Counted from the first letter of the stretch, positions 15,826 to 25,574 are shown. The stretch: 36,974 bases of DNA from Clostridia bacterium (GCA_017549265.1 JAFYVF010000008.1:1-36974), one strand, 5' to 3'. The notes: a model not told the origin generated them from the letters alone. Translations and numbers: made by a program.

Positions 15826-16881
15826 ATGGCATTTTGTAAGTATTGCGGCAAACAGCTGGCAGATGGTGAAGTTTGTGCTTGTCCCGGCGCTGCCAATGAA
15901 GTAAATACAGCACCTCAGGCAGCACCTGAAGCAGCACCTCAGGCGGCTCCCGAAGCAGCACCTCAGGCACCTTATCAGGCAGCTCCTCAGACGCCTTATC
16001 AGGCAGCTCCTCAGACGCCCTATCAGCAAGCTCCTCAGGCCCCCTATCAGCAAGCTCCTCAGGCGGGCTATCAGCAAGCTCCCGGTGGCTATCAACCTGC
16101 ACCCGGCGCAGCACCCATGGGTGGCGGTTATTATGCACCTGCAGCTCCGAAAGCTCCCAGTGCATTCGGCACCGCTATGAAAGACGTTTGGAATCTGTTT
16201 TTAAATCTATTTAAAAAACCGGCTTCCGCAGCTTCTGATTTTATCAAAAGTGGCACCAGAATTCATGCATTCATTCTGATTGGCATTCAGGCAATTGCAA
16301 TCACCTTGTTAATGATTGTTTTTGCTTGCCAGTTCAACGATATCTATAAGGACAATCCTTATTTTGCCTATGAAATCAATGTATTTGTGGTAATTTTGGT
16401 TGGCCTGATCAGTGTTGCTGCATTGAATCTGGCTTTCGCCGGAATTCTGATGGCGTTTATCAAGATGTTCAAGGGCAACATTACATTTGACGAAGCGCTG
16501 AAAGCAACTGCTGTAGGTGGTTATATCGCAGTTCCCTTTATTGTAGTTGGCATACTCTTCGCTTTGCTTTTCACCGGTGACGATAAAGGTATTGCCTATA
16601 AAGGGTTCTTTATGAATTCCGGGGCAGCAATGGTTGGTTTATCTTGGGGTCTCATTCTTTCCGGTATCGGCTACATCTTTGGCATGCTGATGATTATGGC
16701 AAACTTAAGCGATATTTGTAACTTAGACAAAGATAAACAGCTGTACGCTTTCTTCTTGTCCGTTGTTGCAATGATTTTAGTTTACTTGTTGTTTGCAGAT
16801 TTGATTACCGAACCTCTTCTCGAAGCGAAAGAAGTGCAAAAAGTTGTTAACAATTATCCGAATCCGTATTACGGCGGTTAA
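15826..16881 (+). CDS. Zinc-ribbon / Pro-Gln-rich repeat / polytopic (Yip1-like) membrane protein
   Basis: N-terminal CKYCG...CAC ribbon, about 65 aa of APQxPYQx repeats, then about 5 predicted hydrophobic helices. AGGAGG RBS upstream. Confidence 0.75.
   Translation: MAFCKYCGKQLADGEVCACPGAANEVNTAPQAAPEAAPQAAPEAAPQAPYQAAPQTPYQAAPQTPYQQAPQAPYQQAPQAGYQQAPGGYQPAPGAAPMGGGYYAPAAPKAPSAFGTAMKDVWNLFLNLFKKPASAASDFIKSGTRIHAFILIGIQAIAITLLMIVFACQFNDIYKDNPYFAYEINVFVVILVGLISVAALNLAFAGILMAFIKMFKGNITFDEALKATAVGGYIAVPFIVVGILFALLFTGDDKGIAYKGFFMNSGAAMVGLSWGLILSGIGYIFGMLMIMANLSDICNLDKDKQLYAFFLSVVAMILVYLLFADLITEPLLEAKEVQKVVNNYPNPYYGG
15910..16098 (+). repeat. In-frame 24-nt tandem repeat with 7 full units and 1 degenerate unit (APQAAPEA x2, APQ[AT]PYQ[AQ] x4, APQAGYQQ, APGGYQP)
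   Basis: Units read directly starting at 15910, 15934, 15958, 15982, 16006, 16030, 16054 and 16078. Confidence 0.9.
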
Positions 16882-16893
16882 GATTACATCTGA

Positions 16894-16923
16894 AAAAGGA
16901 GAGCAATTTGCTCTCCTTTTTTG
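16894..16923 (+). terminator. rho-independent terminator
   Basis: AAAAAGGAGAGC-AATTT-GCTCTCCTTTTTT. Confidence 0.8.
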
Positions 16924-17036
16924 TTTGCCGTTTTATTCACATTTTCCCAAAAACAGGAAACCTTTAAAAAACTTCAAAAAAACAAGAAAACAAAAGAAAT
17001 ATAAATATAAATTGCAATAAACATAATTATCTGTGA

Positions 17037-17065
17037 TTGCGATTCTTTCAAACCTCGATTATAAT
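17037..17065 (+). promoter_or_regulatory. sigma-A promoter of groESL (TTGCGA-17-TATAAT)
   Basis: TTGCGA at 17037-17042, 17-nt spacer, TATAAT at 17060-17065, immediately upstream of CIRCE. Confidence 0.6.
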
Positions 17066-17068
17066 AAA

Positions 17069-17095
17069 TTAGCACTCTAACCAAAAGAGTGCTAA
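17069..17095 (+). promoter_or_regulatory. CIRCE operator (HrcA binding site)
   Basis: TTAGCACTC-N9-GAGTGCTAA is a perfect match to the CIRCE consensus and is positioned between the -10 box and groES. Confidence 0.92.
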
Positions 17096-17121
17096 AATTG
17101 TCGAAAATCCTATGGAAATAA

Positions 17122-17430
<309 letters not shown>

Positions 17431-17499
17431 TTCTTTTAGTATTCGAACTTCAACAAAGAGTTCTTTTTCACAATTGTTTAACAGATAAAAAAGGAGTAG

Positions 17500-19134
<1,635 letters not shown>

Positions 19135-19170
19135 TTTTTTAGTATCTTATAACGCTACAAAGCATAAATG

Positions 19171-19210
19171 AAAAGGATTGGAATCTTTGAATAGATTCCA
19201 ATCCTTTTTT
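19171..19210 (+). terminator. rho-independent terminator of groEL (symmetric A/T flanks)
   Basis: AAAAGGATTGGAATC-TTTGAATA-GATTCCAATCCTTTTTT. Confidence 0.8.
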
Positions 19211-19224
19211 GTATTTGTGTTATT

Positions 19225-19253
19225 TGTAGGGGACGGTGCCCACACCGTCCCGT
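19225..19253 (+). repeat. REP-like hairpin element A (TGTAGGG-GACGGTG-CCCA-CACCGTC-CC)
   Basis: 9-bp perfect stem at 19230-19238 and 19243-19251, CCCA loop, TGTAGG 5' flank. Confidence 0.5.
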
Positions 19254-19277
19254 GTTTTGAATTGTACAATGAATGGA

Positions 19278-19308
19278 GCGGACAGATGTGGGCATCTGTC
19301 CCTACAAG
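19278..19308 (-). repeat. REP-like hairpin element B, inverted orientation (minus strand reads TGTAGG-GACAGATG-CCCA-CATCTGTC-C)
   Basis: 9-bp perfect stem at 19280-19288 and 19293-19301. Read on the minus strand it has the same CCCA loop and TGTAGG flank. Confidence 0.5.
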
Positions 19309-19321
19309 AAGATGGCCTTTC

Positions 19322-21520
19322 TTAAAACGGGACTTCTTCCGCTTCCAATAAAAATTCTGTTAAGTTGGTGTGCCGTTTTTGTTCGGTGTTATTGTGAATC
19401 ATTCCCGTCACACAGGATTTTCGTCCCACAATGCATACAAAGGTTTTGGCGCGGGTCACAGCGGTGTATAACAGATTCTGTGTCATCAGCTGGGGATAAC
19501 CGTACACCAACGGAATCACCACCGCATCAAATTCACTGCCCTGACTTTTATGCACTGTTACCGCATAGGAAAGCTCCAAATTTTCCAATTTCATAAAGTC
19601 GTAGCAGACAATTTTATCTTCATCAAAGAGGATGGTCATTTCTTTATTTTCTAAGTCGATATCGGTAATCACACCCATATCTCCGTTATAAATGCCTTGC
19701 CCGCGGTAACCGTCTTCGGTTTCCCATTCAATATCGTAATCGTTTTTGGTCTGCATCACACGGTCAAATTTGGAAAATACATACCCGTTTGCCGATTTCT
19801 GGGGTTGGTTTTTTCGGACGGGATTTAAGGTTTGTTTTAGGGCATTATTTAAAGCCACTGAACCCAGCACACTCTTTCGCATAGGCGTTAATACCTGAAT
19901 CTTATCGGGAGAGATATTTAAAAAGTTGGGCAGACGGTTTTCCACCAAATCACAAACGGTTGCAACCGTATCTTCTCCGTTTGGACTTCCCACAAAGAAA
20001 AAGTCGCTGTTTTCTTCATTATAAAGGGGTTCTTCGAAGTTTAAAATACGGTGAGCGTTTTCTACAATTCGTGAAGTGTTTTCCTGACGGAAAATCTGGT
20101 GAAAGCTGATGGTGGGAATCACACCCGATGCAATCATATCTTTTAGCACATTTCCTGCACCCACGGGTGGAAGCTGATCACAGTCTCCCACCATAATAAT
20201 TCTGGTTTTTTCGGTAAATGCCCGAAGAAAGGACTCAAACAATAAGGAATCCGTCATGGACATTTCGTCCACAATCACCACATCGCACCGCAGGGGATTC
20301 TGTTCATTTCTCTCAAACTGAGGACGGTCTCCGCCTGAATGGGTTACTTCCAGCAGACGGTGAATGGTTTTGGCGTTTTTGCCCGTCACTTCCGAAATCC
20401 GTTTGGCGGCACGGCCGGTGGGAGCAGCTAAAATCACTTTTTTATTTAAGGCATCAAAGGCAGTCAGTAAGCTTTTGATTACCGTGGTTTTTCCCGTTCC
20501 GGGGCCTCCTGTGATGATAAACACTTTTTGTTTTAAGGCTTCGGTGATGGCTTCTTTTTGTTCTTCGGAAAGGGAAACATCGCAAAGGTCATCAATATTC
20601 AGCTTGTTGGATAAATTCTCACATTTGCTTTGCTTTAGAATCTGAAGTCTTGCAGCAATATAGCTTTCTGCTAAGTAAAAATGGGGTAGGGAATAAAAGA
20701 TGATATCCTCTTTTTTCACGTTAATCAATCTGCCTTCCATTAAAAGCAGGGACAGCGTGTTTTCCACTTCGGTTTCGCCTACGTCCAAAAGTGTTTTCGC
20801 CTCGGTAACAAGTTCTTCTTTCGGGAAACAAGTGTGTCCGTTGTAAGCTACCTGATACATCAAGTATATCACGCCTGATTTGAGACGCTCCATGGAATTT
20901 TTGGGGATTCCCATTTCTTCGGCAATTTTATCCACCGTTAAAAATCCGATTTTTTCCACCTTTTCGCAGATGATGTAAGGATTCTGATTGCAGAGTTTAA
21001 TGGCACCGCTGCCCAGCGTGTTATACACTTTTACCGCAATAGTGGGGGAAAGGCCGAATTTCATAAAGTAGGACACCACATTCTGCACTTCGATTTTTTT
21101 CATATAATCTCTGTGGATATCCATTGCCTTCGGCAGAGAAATCCCTGAAATTTCGGATAACCGTTCGGGATATTTTTCAATGATTTCCAGGGTTTCTTCC
21201 TGAAATTTGTCCACGATTTTTTTCGCTGTGGCAGGACCGACGCCACGGATGAATCCGCTGGATAAAAATTTATAAATGGATGCCGTATCCTGCTCAAAAT
21301 GAGGCTCGTAGTATTCGCATTGAAATTGGGTGCCGAATTTGGGATGTTCCACCCATTTTCCGTAGGCAATAATGCTTTCGCCCTCGGCAATCATGGGCAG
21401 ATTTCCCGCCACATTCACATAGTCGTCGGAGGTTTCCAAAGCAATTACGCCATAGCCGTTTTCATCATTGTAATAGATCACTTCTTCCACCAGCCCCGTG
21501 ATTCGTTCCATAGCGTCCAT
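19322..21520 (-). CDS. recD2: RecD2-type SF1 ATP-dependent DNA helicase (RecD-like/YrrC)
   Basis: Walker A GGPGTGKTT, Walker B VIVDEMSM, a C-terminal AVTVHKSQGSEF motif and an N-terminal ..VIYYNDENGYGV OB-like start. I start at ATG 21518-21520 because the track's GTG start lies inside the predicted -10 box. Confidence 0.85.
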   Translation of the reverse strand: MDAMERITGLVEEVIYYNDENGYGVIALETSDDYVNVAGNLPMIAEGESIIAYGKWVEHPKFGTQFQCEYYEPHFEQDTASIYKFLSSGFIRGVGPATAKKIVDKFQEETLEIIEKYPERLSEISGISLPKAMDIHRDYMKKIEVQNVVSYFMKFGLSPTIAVKVYNTLGSGAIKLCNQNPYIICEKVEKIGFLTVDKIAEEMGIPKNSMERLKSGVIYLMYQVAYNGHTCFPKEELVTEAKTLLDVGETEVENTLSLLLMEGRLINVKKEDIIFYSLPHFYLAESYIAARLQILKQSKCENLSNKLNIDDLCDVSLSEEQKEAITEALKQKVFIITGGPGTGKTTVIKSLLTAFDALNKKVILAAPTGRAAKRISEVTGKNAKTIHRLLEVTHSGGDRPQFERNEQNPLRCDVVIVDEMSMTDSLLFESFLRAFTEKTRIIMVGDCDQLPPVGAGNVLKDMIASGVIPTISFHQIFRQENTSRIVENAHRILNFEEPLYNEENSDFFFVGSPNGEDTVATVCDLVENRLPNFLNISPDKIQVLTPMRKSVLGSVALNNALKQTLNPVRKNQPQKSANGYVFSKFDRVMQTKNDYDIEWETEDGYRGQGIYNGDMGVITDIDLENKEMTILFDEDKIVCYDFMKLENLELSYAVTVHKSQGSEFDAVVIPLVYGYPQLMTQNLLYTAVTRAKTFVCIVGRKSCVTGMIHNNTEQKRHTNLTEFLLEAEEVPF

Positions 21521-21556
21521 CTTTGGTTTTCTCCTTTCTTTTTGTTCGTCTTTTTT

Positions 21557-21585
21557 ATCATACACCTTTTCATTCTGTTTGTCAA
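21557..21585 (-). promoter_or_regulatory. sigma-A-type promoter for recD2 (TTGACA-17-TATGAT)
   Basis: Minus-strand TTGACA (21580-21585), 17-nt spacer, TATGAT (21557-21562). Confidence 0.5.
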
Positions 21586-21624
21586 CATTTTATGCGAATG
21601 TTTGTTCGTGTTTCGCGAGAAGGA

Positions 21625-21654
21625 TTGACAAAATCTTATAAATTGTGGTAGTAT
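21625..21654 (+). promoter_or_regulatory. sigma-A-type promoter (TTGACA-18-TAGTAT, TG extended) for the 21820 gene
   Basis: TTGACA at 21625-21630 and TGGTAGTAT ending at 21654. The predicted TSS is near 21661. Confidence 0.4.
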
Positions 21655-21660
21655 AAAAGA

Positions 21661-21754
21661 GCCAAACTCATTGAATATTGATTGACAAGAGCTTTTCTTT
21701 TTTAGGGATAAGTGTATTTTTGTATATCATCTTGTCGTAATCAATTAGTTTGGC
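21661..21754 (+). promoter_or_regulatory. Long imperfect inverted repeat, a predicted 5'-terminal stem-loop of the leader RNA
   Basis: Outer arms GCCAAACTCATTGA (21661-21674) and TCAATTAGTTTGGC (21741-21754) pair at 13 of 14 positions. Inner arms (T)GACAAGA (21683-21690) and TCTTGTC(G) (21730-21737) form 7 Watson-Crick pairs plus a terminal T-G wobble. The loop is 39 nt. Confidence 0.4.
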
Positions 21755-21819
21755 AACTATCGGAGTTTGCATTTTTTATGTAAAAAATAATTATATTTAT
21801 TATTTTGGAGGGATGTTCT

Positions 21820-22740
21820 ATGAAAATGACCAAAGAACAGTTATTTGAGGCAGCACTTGCCCTAAACGGAGACGACAAGAAATATCAGATTACTGTGGAA
21901 GGGGACACCATTGTCACCCGTGTGAAATGGATGGATGCCACTTTCTTTTCTCCAGATGCAATCACCACTGAGATGCAGGAATTTGAGTATCGTGTTCGGA
22001 TAGTTTCAAACGGCAAATATACAGAACTTGATAAGTCTGTTTCCAAGAAAAAGTCGGCAGGCCGGGGTGGAGTTGATATGAACAAAAGTGTCTTTGTGGG
22101 CAAACAAGTTTCTTTTAGCAAAACTATTGGCGTAGGGAAAGATCATCAAACGGGTGAAACAGGGATTATCAGCAACACCTTTTATTCTGAAGAATATAAA
22201 GCCCCTGTGAGAAACCTTTTAAAAGAATTTGGCTACAAGAAAAAAATGAGCACCATGGGAAAGATTCTGTTGATTGGTGGTATTGTTGCGGCAGTGATTG
22301 CTGCAGTGGTGATTGTTCTGTTTTGTCTGTTTGGAAATAAGCATCCTGTTTCGGTGGAAAACTTTGAATCCATAGCGAAAGACTATGGCTATCAGGTAGC
22401 TGTTGACAGAAATTTGGAAAGCCGGTATGATCATGTGCAATCAGTTCGTATTGCACTGGATAGCCCGGATGATTATCAAATTGATTTATATGTTTTAATC
22501 AACGAAGACTATGCGAAACAGGTGTTTGAAACCAATAAAATACAGCTGCAGCAACTTGCAGACAGTTCTTCTTCCAAAGTAAGCAGCAGTGTAAGCGTTT
22601 TTAATTATGATAAATATGCTGCATCCACATCAGACTCCTACCTGTATGTTGCAAGAATTGATAATACCGTTGTTTTTGCAAAAACCGGTATTGAGGATCA
22701 ATCGGAAGTGGAAGCATTTATAAACGCCATCGGTTATTAA
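21820..22740 (+). CDS. Single-pass membrane protein of unknown function (paralogue 1)
   Basis: 306 aa from the ATG with GGAGG 7 nt upstream. It has a cytoplasmic N-domain, KKKM followed by a TM helix (ILLIGGIVAAVIAAVVIVLFCLF), and an external C-domain. It is clearly homologous to the 24062 gene. Confidence 0.7.
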   Translation: MKMTKEQLFEAALALNGDDKKYQITVEGDTIVTRVKWMDATFFSPDAITTEMQEFEYRVRIVSNGKYTELDKSVSKKKSAGRGGVDMNKSVFVGKQVSFSKTIGVGKDHQTGETGIISNTFYSEEYKAPVRNLLKEFGYKKKMSTMGKILLIGGIVAAVIAAVVIVLFCLFGNKHPVSVENFESIAKDYGYQVAVDRNLESRYDHVQSVRIALDSPDDYQIDLYVLINEDYAKQVFETNKIQLQQLADSSSSKVSSSVSVFNYDKYAASTSDSYLYVARIDNTVVFAKTGIEDQSEVEAFINAIGY

Positions 22741-22753
22741 CTTGAATACTCTG

Positions 22754-22791
22754 AAAGCCGCAACTTTTGCTATGAAGTTGTGGCTTTTTTT
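22754..22791 (+). terminator. rho-independent terminator
   Basis: AAAGCCGCAACTT-8 nt-AAGTTGTGGCTTTTTTT. Confidence 0.7.
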
Positions 22792-22810
22792 CAAAAATTC
22801 ATAAAATATC

Positions 22811-22839
22811 TTGAAAATAGACAAAAATTATGGTACAAT
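22811..22839 (+). promoter_or_regulatory. sigma-A-type promoter (TTGAAA-17-TACAAT, TG extended)
   Basis: TTGAAA at 22811-22816 and TGGTACAAT ending at 22839. Confidence 0.55.
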
Positions 22840-22886
22840 CATATACAGAGATTTTAAATCTCAACTGATACTTGGAGGCAGAATGT

Positions 22887-24029
22887 ATGAAAATTCTGAT
22901 TACCACAGATTTATTTACAATTGAGACAAACGGAGTGGTCACTTCGGTAAAGAATCTTCTGAAAGAATTGAAACAGAAAGGGCATGAAGTAAAGGTTCTG
23001 ACCTTTTCTGAAAATATCCATAGTCATCAGGATGGAGACGAGTACTATATCCGTTCCATTCCTTTTGCGGTTTATCCCGATATTCGCATGCCTGTGGCAC
23101 TCCGAAAATATATCAGAGAGTTGGTTCGGTGGAAGCCGGATGTGATTCACAGCCAATGTGAATTTTTTTCTTTCCGTTATGCCAGATTGATTGCCAAGAA
23201 AACCGGTGCTCCCATTGTACATACCTATCACACGCTTTATGAGCAGTATTCCAAATATGTGTTGCCTTCCCAGCGTCTTGGCAACAGTGTGGCAAAAAAT
23301 TTTTCCAGAATTCGTTTAAGAAAAGTGCAAAACGTGGTAGCTCCCACACACAAGGTGGAAGAAACCTTGCGTGGATACGGTTTAAAGAACGATATTTCCG
23401 TGGTTCCCAGCGGCATTAAACTGGAGCAACATAAAATCCGAATTTCTAAGGAAGAGCGCCAAAAGAAACGTCGGGAACTGGGCATTTCGGATGACCAGAT
23501 TGTGCTGATTAACTTGGGCCGTTTAGGCAACGAAAAAAATCTTTGTGAATTGGTGGATTATTTTTCCCAAGCTGTAAAAACCAGAGACAATTTAGTGTTT
23601 ATGATTGTGGGAGACGGTCCTGCCAAAGAAGGGTTGGAAAAACAGGCAAAAGAACTTGGAATTTCTGATAAAGTGATTTTCACGGGAATGGTAAAACCTT
23701 CCCAGGTGCAGCTTTATTATCAGATGGGAGACATTTTTGTAAGTGCGTCCACCAGTGAAACCCAGGGACTTACTTATGTGGAAGCTTGTGCGAACTGTTT
23801 GCCGCTTTTATGCCGTCGTGATCAATGTCTGGAAGAAGTGTTGGTGCCCGGTGAAAACGGTTATGCATACGAGAATCAGGAAGAATTTCTGCAACATCTG
23901 GATACGATGATAAAAAATCCTCAGTGGCGTGTGTCTGCAGGAAATAAGAGTGAACAGGTTGCCGACACGTTCAGCACTACCGCTTTTGGTGATGCTATTG
24001 AAAAAATATATAAGAACGTTATCCGATAA
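22887..24029 (+). CDS. GT4-family glycosyltransferase, possibly a glycolipid (glycosyl-diacylglycerol) synthase type
   Basis: 380 aa from the ATG with GGAGG 8 nt upstream. It has MKILITTD...NGV.TSV and E..GLTYVEACA..LPLL (the EX7E region). The substrate cannot be read from the sequence. Confidence 0.8.
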   Translation: MKILITTDLFTIETNGVVTSVKNLLKELKQKGHEVKVLTFSENIHSHQDGDEYYIRSIPFAVYPDIRMPVALRKYIRELVRWKPDVIHSQCEFFSFRYARLIAKKTGAPIVHTYHTLYEQYSKYVLPSQRLGNSVAKNFSRIRLRKVQNVVAPTHKVEETLRGYGLKNDISVVPSGIKLEQHKIRISKEERQKKRRELGISDDQIVLINLGRLGNEKNLCELVDYFSQAVKTRDNLVFMIVGDGPAKEGLEKQAKELGISDKVIFTGMVKPSQVQLYYQMGDIFVSASTSETQGLTYVEACANCLPLLCRRDQCLEEVLVPGENGYAYENQEEFLQHLDTMIKNPQWRVSAGNKSEQVADTFSTTAFGDAIEKIYKNVIR

Positions 24030-24061
24030 AACAATGTTGATACATAAAGGAGGATATTCCG

Positions 24062-24889
24062 ATGAGATTGAATAAGAGTGCGTTGTTGGACGCTGCTCAG
24101 AAATTAAACGGAGATGATAAGAATTACTTGGTTCGTGTGGAAGGAAATAAAATCATTACCTCTGTAAAATGGCAGGATGAAACTTTCTTTTCTCCCGATT
24201 CGGTAACTGATGAAATGCGTTCTTTTTCGTATACTGTGCAGATTTTAGACAATGGGAAATATCAGGAGATGGCACAGGAAAAAGTGAGCAAAGCTTTTGC
24301 TGCAAATGAATATAAAACACCTGTGAGAACCTTGCTAAAAGAACACGGTTGTAAAAAGAAGATGGGAAAAGGCACGAAAATTTTCATCTGTGTTGCCATT
24401 TTTTTAGCGATACTGATTGCAACCGTGGGGGTATTGGTTTTCACTCTTATGAATAAAAAACCTATCAGTGCACAGGAGTTTCGTGCAAAATCGGAAGCTC
24501 AAGGCTATCAGGTGAGCGTTTTGGAAGATATGCAACGATTCGAAAACAAAGTGGGTGTGAAGTTTGAAACGCTTGGTGATTTTGAAGAATCTTCTTTGGT
24601 AGCTTATGACGAAGAAGATAAATTTCGGGTTGTATTTTTGGATTACGAAGATTCCCGTAGCGCTGAAGAAGTGGTAGTGGCATGTATGAACGAAATGGAA
24701 AGTGCTGCCTTGCGAAAAGGGAAACCGTCAAATGCCATCATTTTTTCTGAACATTATGATAGAGTCACCATGGATACCATCAAAGAATTCCGGCATCTTG
24801 TGAGAATTGATGATACCTTGATTTTAGTATCAACCAAGGCGGAAAACAGAGCAGAGGTAAAAGCATTTATTGAATCTTTGGGATATTAA
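24062..24889 (+). CDS. Single-pass membrane protein of unknown function (paralogue 2)
   Basis: 275 aa with an AGGAGG RBS and the same architecture as the 21820 gene. Shared blocks are LNGDDK.Y...VEG..I.T.VKW.D.TFFSPD, NGKY, EYK.PVR.LLKE.G.KKKM and a C-terminal RID.T......E.....V.AFI...GY. Confidence 0.7.
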   Translation: MRLNKSALLDAAQKLNGDDKNYLVRVEGNKIITSVKWQDETFFSPDSVTDEMRSFSYTVQILDNGKYQEMAQEKVSKAFAANEYKTPVRTLLKEHGCKKKMGKGTKIFICVAIFLAILIATVGVLVFTLMNKKPISAQEFRAKSEAQGYQVSVLEDMQRFENKVGVKFETLGDFEESSLVAYDEEDKFRVVFLDYEDSRSAEEVVVACMNEMESAALRKGKPSNAIIFSEHYDRVTMDTIKEFRHLVRIDDTLILVSTKAENRAEVKAFIESLGY

Positions 24890-24919
24890 GGATTATTTCA
24901 CACAATAGGAGGAACTATT

Positions 24920-25441
24920 ATGAAAAAAATAGCAGTATTATTAGCAATGATGTTCTGTGTAACCCTTTTGGCAGCTTGCCAAAGTCAGCCTGCCAAGACG
25001 GAAGAGGGAACTCAGGAAAATCCCTTAATGAGCGCAGTTTGGACTGGATATGACAAAATGCCGTTCCCCGAATTTTTAGGGACAGCAATGGAGAATATGC
25101 CTGCGGAACTTGGGGTGGTTGAAAGTTATGAAGTCACAGCTACCGCCGGCTGGCCGGAAGGTATGAATGATATTCCGTTGGAACCTGCAGAGGGAACCGT
25201 TCCCGTGACCTACACGTTTGTGGCAGAAGCATCCGAGGGCGGCAGTGATGTTGAACAAGGGATTATCGAGTTTGCTGTGGGATTAAATGAAGATACCAAT
25301 ACCTTTGAAATTGAATGCATTTTCCTAAACGGCGAATATTTGCCTTATGAATCTATCGAGCCCGGAATGAAACCGCTTTGCTTATTAGCAGATGGCGAAG
25401 CAGATAAAATTACTGAAACGCAAGTAATAGCGGAGCCGTAA
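24920..25441 (+). CDS. Acidic lipoprotein of unknown function
   Basis: Signal peptide with lipobox LLAAC (Cys20), AGGAGG RBS, and a mature part rich in E and D. Confidence 0.75.
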   Translation: MKKIAVLLAMMFCVTLLAACQSQPAKTEEGTQENPLMSAVWTGYDKMPFPEFLGTAMENMPAELGVVESYEVTATAGWPEGMNDIPLEPAEGTVPVTYTFVAEASEGGSDVEQGIIEFAVGLNEDTNTFEIECIFLNGEYLPYESIEPGMKPLCLLADGEADKITETQVIAEP

Positions 25442-25449
25442 AAGAATAG

Positions 25450-25482
25450 AAAAGCAAGAGAAAACAATCTCTTGCTTTTTTG
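25450..25482 (+). terminator. rho-independent terminator
   Basis: AGCAAGAG-8 nt-CTCTTGCTTTTTT. Confidence 0.75.
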
Positions 25483-25533
25483 TTTGATTATTTGCCCTCT
25501 CAGGCTTCGAGTCCCTCTGCGGCACTTACGCAA

Positions 25534-25566
25534 TAAAAAAAGCAGACACCATAAATGGCATCTGCT
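25534..25566 (-). terminator. Probable terminator downstream of tRNA-Arg
   Basis: On the minus strand an imperfect stem AGCAGATGCC/GGTGTCTGCT (two internal mismatches) is followed by TTTTTTT. Confidence 0.5.
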
Positions 25567-25574
25567 CTTTTCAT

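Noticed and set aside
15910-16098. Possible CRISPR-like or other non-coding repeat array
   Set aside because: The units are contiguous with no spacers, stay in frame and encode a coherent Pro/Gln-rich linker inside a well-supported CDS.
15799-16165. Two minus-strand ORFs with LRS/LIG and EELAD repeats
   Set aside because: They are mirror-frame translations of the 24-nt tandem repeat in the zinc-ribbon gene.
19273-19596. 107-aa plus-strand ORF
   Set aside because: It starts inside REP-like element B and runs antisense to the recD2 3' end. It has no RBS.
19322-21520. RecD-like helicase as part of a defence system
   Set aside because: It has the canonical RecD2/YrrC architecture and size, stands alone with its own promoter, and has no nuclease or methylase partner.
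21521-21565. Longer RecD2 N-terminus starting at a GTG (track start 21565)
   Set aside because: The GTG-TAT-GAT codons coincide with the predicted TATGAT -10 box of a TTGACA-17-TATGAT promoter. The ATG at 21520 has an AGGAG upstream.
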